From positions 1 to 8,707 of the forward strand of contig CBFFRQ010000059.1 of assembly GCA_965644315.1 (NCBI GenBank): a DNA stretch of 8,707 bases, in the 5' to 3' direction. Each line of letters begins with the position of its first letter. Positions within the stretch are counted from its first letter, which is position 1. Origin of the DNA: Caecitellus pseudoparvulus (taxonomy: Eukaryota > Protista > Bigyra: Bicosoecida). Made by a program: the position numbers and the translations under genes. Shown here piece after piece: positions 7,301-8,707 of this stretch. Below the pieces are notes generated by a model. The model worked only from the letters and a program-made list of their open reading frames with translations, was not told the DNA's origin and did not search any database.

Positions 7301-8707
7301 TTCGCAGCAGGCGATTCATGGAGAACTCTCCCCGCTCCACTGTCCACTCGGGAAAGGTGAATGCATCGTCACGTCGGCTTGGTGAGCTCTCGTGTGCGAC
7401 AGTGTGCCCAGCCACTGTAGCATCGGCGCCCACACAGTCCGCAGCCTTCCACACAGCCAAGTGACCCCCTGTGGCCCGCTCAATGAGCTGCGCAGCCAGC
7501 TGGGGCAGGGCCCTCTCCAGCATCGCATCTGTGGCATGCTGAACAGGTGGGTTGTATACGTGGTAGTCGGTGCTTCCCCAGGGCGTGAAGGCATCAGCTG
7601 ACAGAGGGACAGGCGACGCCTGCACAGCTTCAGGGCGCAGCAGCTGAGTCAGGTGCGCTCCCTTGGGGCGCTCAGACACCATCAACAGAGGCCCACGCTG
7701 TGCGGGCTGACCATCACGTGCGAGCCCTGCTGCAGCTCGCGTCGGTTGGGCAAGGACTCGCTCGGCGTGCGCCAGCACAGAAGCTTCCACTCCACACCTC
7801 CTCAAGTGCTGCAGCAGTGCAGGCACATTCAATGCACAGCACACTACACTGGCGAATGGCAACACAGTTGTGATCAATGCAGTCCCTGGGTTCGCAGGCA
7901 CCTCGCATGGTGCCACATGGTCAGGTAGCGCGGCACCAACCAACGCCCCCCATGCATGATGCTGAAAGGTTGCCTTGTTGGCCACGGGTACATGCCGTAG
8001 CCGCACACCATCATTCGCTCCTGGTACAGGCACAATACACGTAGCTGCCTGCCACTGCGGGGGCGCCTCTGGAGGCATGAGCCTGGCCGTGTCCAGCAAG
8101 AACATGTGCCCATCCCGCCCACAGTGCCCCTCCACATCCCCTGCCAAGTACAGCTGCTTGTTGCCCACAGGGTGCCGTGCCAGGTTCAGATGTGCCGCCA
8201 GTTGTGCAATGGAAGATCGCAGGGCCTCCTCGTCGTCGTGCACTGTGACCATTGCGTTGGCACTGCCGTAGCAGAGTGTGTCGCTGCCGATGGGCAGGAG
8301 GGATGTGGCCACCACCCTGTACCCCAGCACATCCACCACACAGTGCAGGGGGTACCGCAGCCCCGGCACTGCTGCTGCAGTGATGCTGGATATGCCTCGT
8401 AGCTCAGCCTTGGCGGCCTTTTCTGCCTGGTTGTTATTTTTCCCGTATATCCACTCCGTATCCATGGCAAACTTGAACAGGACACCGCCCAGGATGTACT
8501 TGCTGCCCCCTGCCACACCCCCGATGTCGATGGGCGGCAGACTTTTCTGGGCATCGGCCAGAGGCAGCTCGGCTACGAGGATCTCCGCGATGGGCGCACA
8601 GGCCGCGACGAAGGCTGAGCTGATGCGCGTGAGGGCGCCCTCTCGCATGGCGGCTTGCTCCAGGGACAGGGGTGTGAGGTCCAGGATGTCATGCAGCTCG
8701 GCGGTCC
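1326..8707 (-). CDS. Giant multidomain protein, 5'-partial (>=2459 aa): Clu domain + Clu-central + unassigned helical region + UBA-like + full SUFU (N- and C-lobe)
   Basis: Stop-free frame from TAG (1328-1326) to the window edge. The 19 codons upstream of the 8648 ATG are open (TAELHDILDLTPLSLEQAA-MREGALTRISSAFVAAC) and resemble the Clu-domain start (CLUH DWNEELQ...[20 protein letters not shown]), so the true start lies beyond 8707. Recognisable family motifs occur in this same frame at both ends. Confidence 0.93.
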   Translation of the reverse strand, partial: TAELHDILDLTPLSLEQAAMREGALTRISSAFVAACAPIAEILVAELPLADAQKSLPPIDIGGVAGGSKYILGGVLFKFAMDTEWIYGKNNNQAEKAAKAELRGISSITAAAVPGLRYPLHCVVDVLGYRVVATSLLPIGSDTLCYGSANAMVTVHDDEEALRSSIAQLAAHLNLARHPVGNKQLYLAGDVEGHCGRDGHMFLLDTARLMPPEAPPQWQAATCIVPVPGANDGVRLRHVPVANKATFQHHAWGALVGAALPDHVAPCEVPANPGTALITTVLPFASVVCCALNVPALLQHLRRCGVEASVLAHAERVLAQPTRAAAGLARDGQPAQRGPLLMVSERPKGAHLTQLLRPEAVQASPVPLSADAFTPWGSTDYHVYNPPVQHATDAMLERALPQLAAQLIERATGGHLAVWKAADCVGADATVAGHTVAHESSPSRRDDAFTFPEWTVERGEFSMNRLLRKEFGAHQGGAADLDAEPGDKVAAPQPSLEHATEVLGEYAAQGYDTRATVAALQAQGLGALKAVPLARGAPPVSIAASPHLPLLVPAVPRGSLQDDALAHALSSVDHVYVRELDWKLHLHSAGCNTRHLGRLAHVIRVLLQVHAAAVRCLPESAVAALRAMQDSMLAYGIARCFYAELRAALRGVTARVRDRSGSSESSERVLQSAAQLAHDSAEALFTSRLQYSGVGGSGNSSDVQEQTRLLASLLGKYPGLVPPEEWALTGAGLWAGLPETYRRHAFGIAQRLCGASMRFFCVDGVETFELLRLLPRRHAAQAQQRAALVGHVAAARAAKQLEQQVVLGSRAVLSQALGAAVADVMLKRRLCVRATPGLAVAHSRLVLLTMLQSPKDQVFALKHLLPCALQAWGQAIAQACAGGEPGTLTLTPRASGSIDTSVLTRGVRSMCRVLEGCVEERGFALSVEDGQRLHECAWAVELVSQAAAALLSMAAPCQQQGAPLHALRVGMEAVRTSMVVASELKELVMPLVWSKCSAAVKRATALVSQEGVIVTGRAAMTLWLLLRKLMGLEALLCRTAFWAGWHAALAAVQLQQLPLASQLSNACNDLLQRTNAASAATLERRQSMAQLVRGWMDACAGSGSSIATELQVRSAVGSMPAWWYFTSLHGEMTQALWGHSGETDFLVSSSAASLRVAGDVDERWQVASDGHSVMHRQGKQAMQEGPAESGDRTTRDVGMLALGALLQSSLGRTMQGHGMTFEARSCLAGVRASHNKGVTGLSSLSVYVSHESASSMVASSMEHWLPAGHALYPVEVALTGELGGSNAGSGTGQQRRDVLFGVNLLMVCGLPCVDPRACHQAALYCSSPALIPLHAILPRRGSIFAQTGCGMAGQVTPQVGPEGMAHGAGVLRTASNHSINSLKSIKAVLAARHPLALTCHTNAAYFLQQTGLHHSALLNTWRALRLAPVSCSGRTSAAWPGTGSVQGAVLHLTADACRRQQWDVAVATCAVSLASCAGLPQVAAYEELLALHDAYGPQLCDEHLVSVGSSSALARAVTSVLAVQPVSVSVVRCASAVPLLLRSASLLLCHVAEAAHQAGPCDIPAGPRNAKVTLLPYAGGWLHSTCGWSRAQAVPDVIAALWVWALQVVCRGVLGKLPPLPEDLAARVQEVQGAAMGAVMAWCPECPPDTHAQRVSTDDAATMVGVRQGLGGLRELELLQAQSANDDDEASKAWLLEHPLLVLATARVAVMGGWLTAAEMLGEVAGSALAQTLPLGRDVPETSGTPGAGKTALAQMASVQAARNMARVNRALEPAVQELLQLGFAREECVAGVLATSSLQLAAPTSDFFALSQAVMDDQAHPSMVSGLQGGVAGELELDVASAAEWLLQDLEGRMQADVAHSRAETKRLAAWAAQAVVEHGEMPPQSLLDLADAGEWPLSQLSCMRADDDHEAPTALPATREAPHDDDATGGEVGQAPSVPAWNPPPAQVQLQHLNGRAAISHVMERLYPEQTNPTEYTALTKWSMGGPDPLDYVTVYRHPGDPAQGIPPHWHYVSQGLCNLLSDTAVHPMHPPRMQGKSGFGMEFTMRVARESWDTELPPSWPATVLNSLARYTHHSKTVIGASDFVQSGMNTGFQGAALSQKEAEGGSLAPSNLSASVRNGELLAANLPHIATCPDPDLPTITCETGEVSFHQVVGVADREYEIARSWSTGGALHLLRHAVFRDSTGKPVNGMTHGALRPTATVGGASDPWAQCRTRSGAFLPGPYLITDPRRTCDLASIDPTVQATVRDRIATEGSSLGIQTGCLVWRPRVVGMTLADSLAFVAVPGSAMPGVEVLTTASVASLLSVAMLGRLRQGMPFILECAHPAAHQAKDTSKAREDAQRLGGWGLSRLVVIFVSDDCDESRVRRVANAEAPFVVTEPGVLQVYLSREAAGVIGAYAAQPEHFREQSNMPLTASWPSVAPGFTVTVVRGDEDVFPAFVEDSPVLPRSMVQDTG
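1395..1829 (-). other. SUFU C-terminal domain (SUFU_C-like)
   Basis: MPGVEVLTTASVASLLSVAMLGRLRQGMPF aligns without gaps to human LESVHLKFNQESGALIPLCLRGRLLHGRHF. Then VIFVS~ITFVS, ANAEAPF~ATEEHPY, LQVYLS~LQILLT, MPLTASWP~LPKEYSWP. Confidence 0.8.
1896..2837 (-). other. Suppressor of fused (SUFU) N-terminal domain
   Basis: RLYPEQTNP, KWSMGGPDPLDYV, IPPHWHYVSQGL, SGFGMEFTMRV, PPSWPATVLNSLARY, GEVSFHQVVGV, GPYLITDPRR, IDPTVQATVRDRIATEGSSL are collinear with human SUFU as recalled (RLYPDQPNP, KYWLGGPDPLDYV, IPEHWHYISFGL, SGFGFELTFRL, PPTWPAELMQGLARY, GVVTFLQIVGV, GPWLITDMRR, IDPHLQERVDKGIETDGSNL). Confidence 0.95.
2865..2874. repeat. 10-nt G homopolymer (C10 on coding strand, encodes N-PPP)
   Basis: gc-gggggggggg-tt at 2865-2874, about 9 codons before the first SUFU motif. 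Confidence 0.9.
3162..3389 (-). other. UBA-like (ubiquitin-associated) domain, split by a ~40-aa insertion
   Basis: EPAVQELLQLGFAREECVAGVLAT fits UBA helix 1, the (M/L)GF loop and helix 2. LDVASAAEWLL fits helix 3 (dve.Av.wLl) but comes after an insert. Confidence 0.6.
6755..6965 (-). other. Clu-central (eIF3 p135-like) motif region
   Basis: LHSAGCNTRHLGRL (within 6909-6956) matches the Clu-central signature (l/m)H..GIN.RYLG. It is followed by MLAYGIARCFYAELRAALR, resembling the E...R..K..lr..l helix. Confidence 0.72.
7476..8707 (-). other. Clu domain (clustered mitochondria/CLUH/TIF31 family; GGxAGGxKY-type), with a ~130-aa insertion
   Basis: Ordered motifs: GGVAGGSKY, LFKFAMD, AEKAAKAELRG, PLHCVVDVLGYRVVATSLLPI, TLCYGS, LAAHLNLARHPV, DVEGHCGRDGHMFLLDTARLMPPE, then LLRPEAVQASPVPLSADAF. 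They parallel the Clu consensus (VDYRGYRV.AQS..P, YGS, E.KG..G.DGR.Y.LDL.R.FPP, LRPE). Confidence 0.88.

Noticed and set aside
6965-8057. In-frame introns as the explanation for the large insertions
   Set aside because: Several long segments would all need to be stop-free and multiples of three, and I could not place convincing splice sites. Not excluded without RNA data.
1511-8554. Many 60-300 aa ORFs antisense to or frame-shifted within the giant ORF
   Set aside because: Typical shadow ORFs of GC-rich coding DNA (Ser/Ala/Arg/Pro/Cys-rich), with no recognisable motifs.
1326-8707. Calling the gene a plain CLU1/CLUH or SUFU orthologue
   Set aside because: No recognisable TPR tail, a divergent Clu subgroup signature, and SUFU makes up only about a fifth of the protein, so no gene symbol was assigned.

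Overview
The window looks eukaryotic (probably protist; inference only) and holds two tandem minus-strand genes, both cut by the window edges. (1) An uninterrupted frame of at least 2459 codons (TAG at 1326-1328, open past 8707; the ORF-track ATG at 8648 is probably internal). It joins an N-terminal Clu (clustered-mitochondria/CLUH/TIF31-like) domain and Clu-central motif, about 1000 aa of unassigned Ala/Leu-rich sequence, an insertion-split UBA-like domain and a complete two-lobed Suppressor of fused (SUFU + SUFU_C) module with animal-type motifs. I do not know this Clu-UBA-SUFU architecture from any described protein. (2) A gene missed by the ORF track (ATG at 441, open to base 1) that starts with a textbook ubiquitin-interacting motif (MDELDDDLVQAIALSLQS), in a lower-GC segment. 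I found no RNA genes, CRISPR arrays or mobile elements. All domain calls are by-eye motif comparisons with family sequences recalled from memory and need HMM or structure confirmation.
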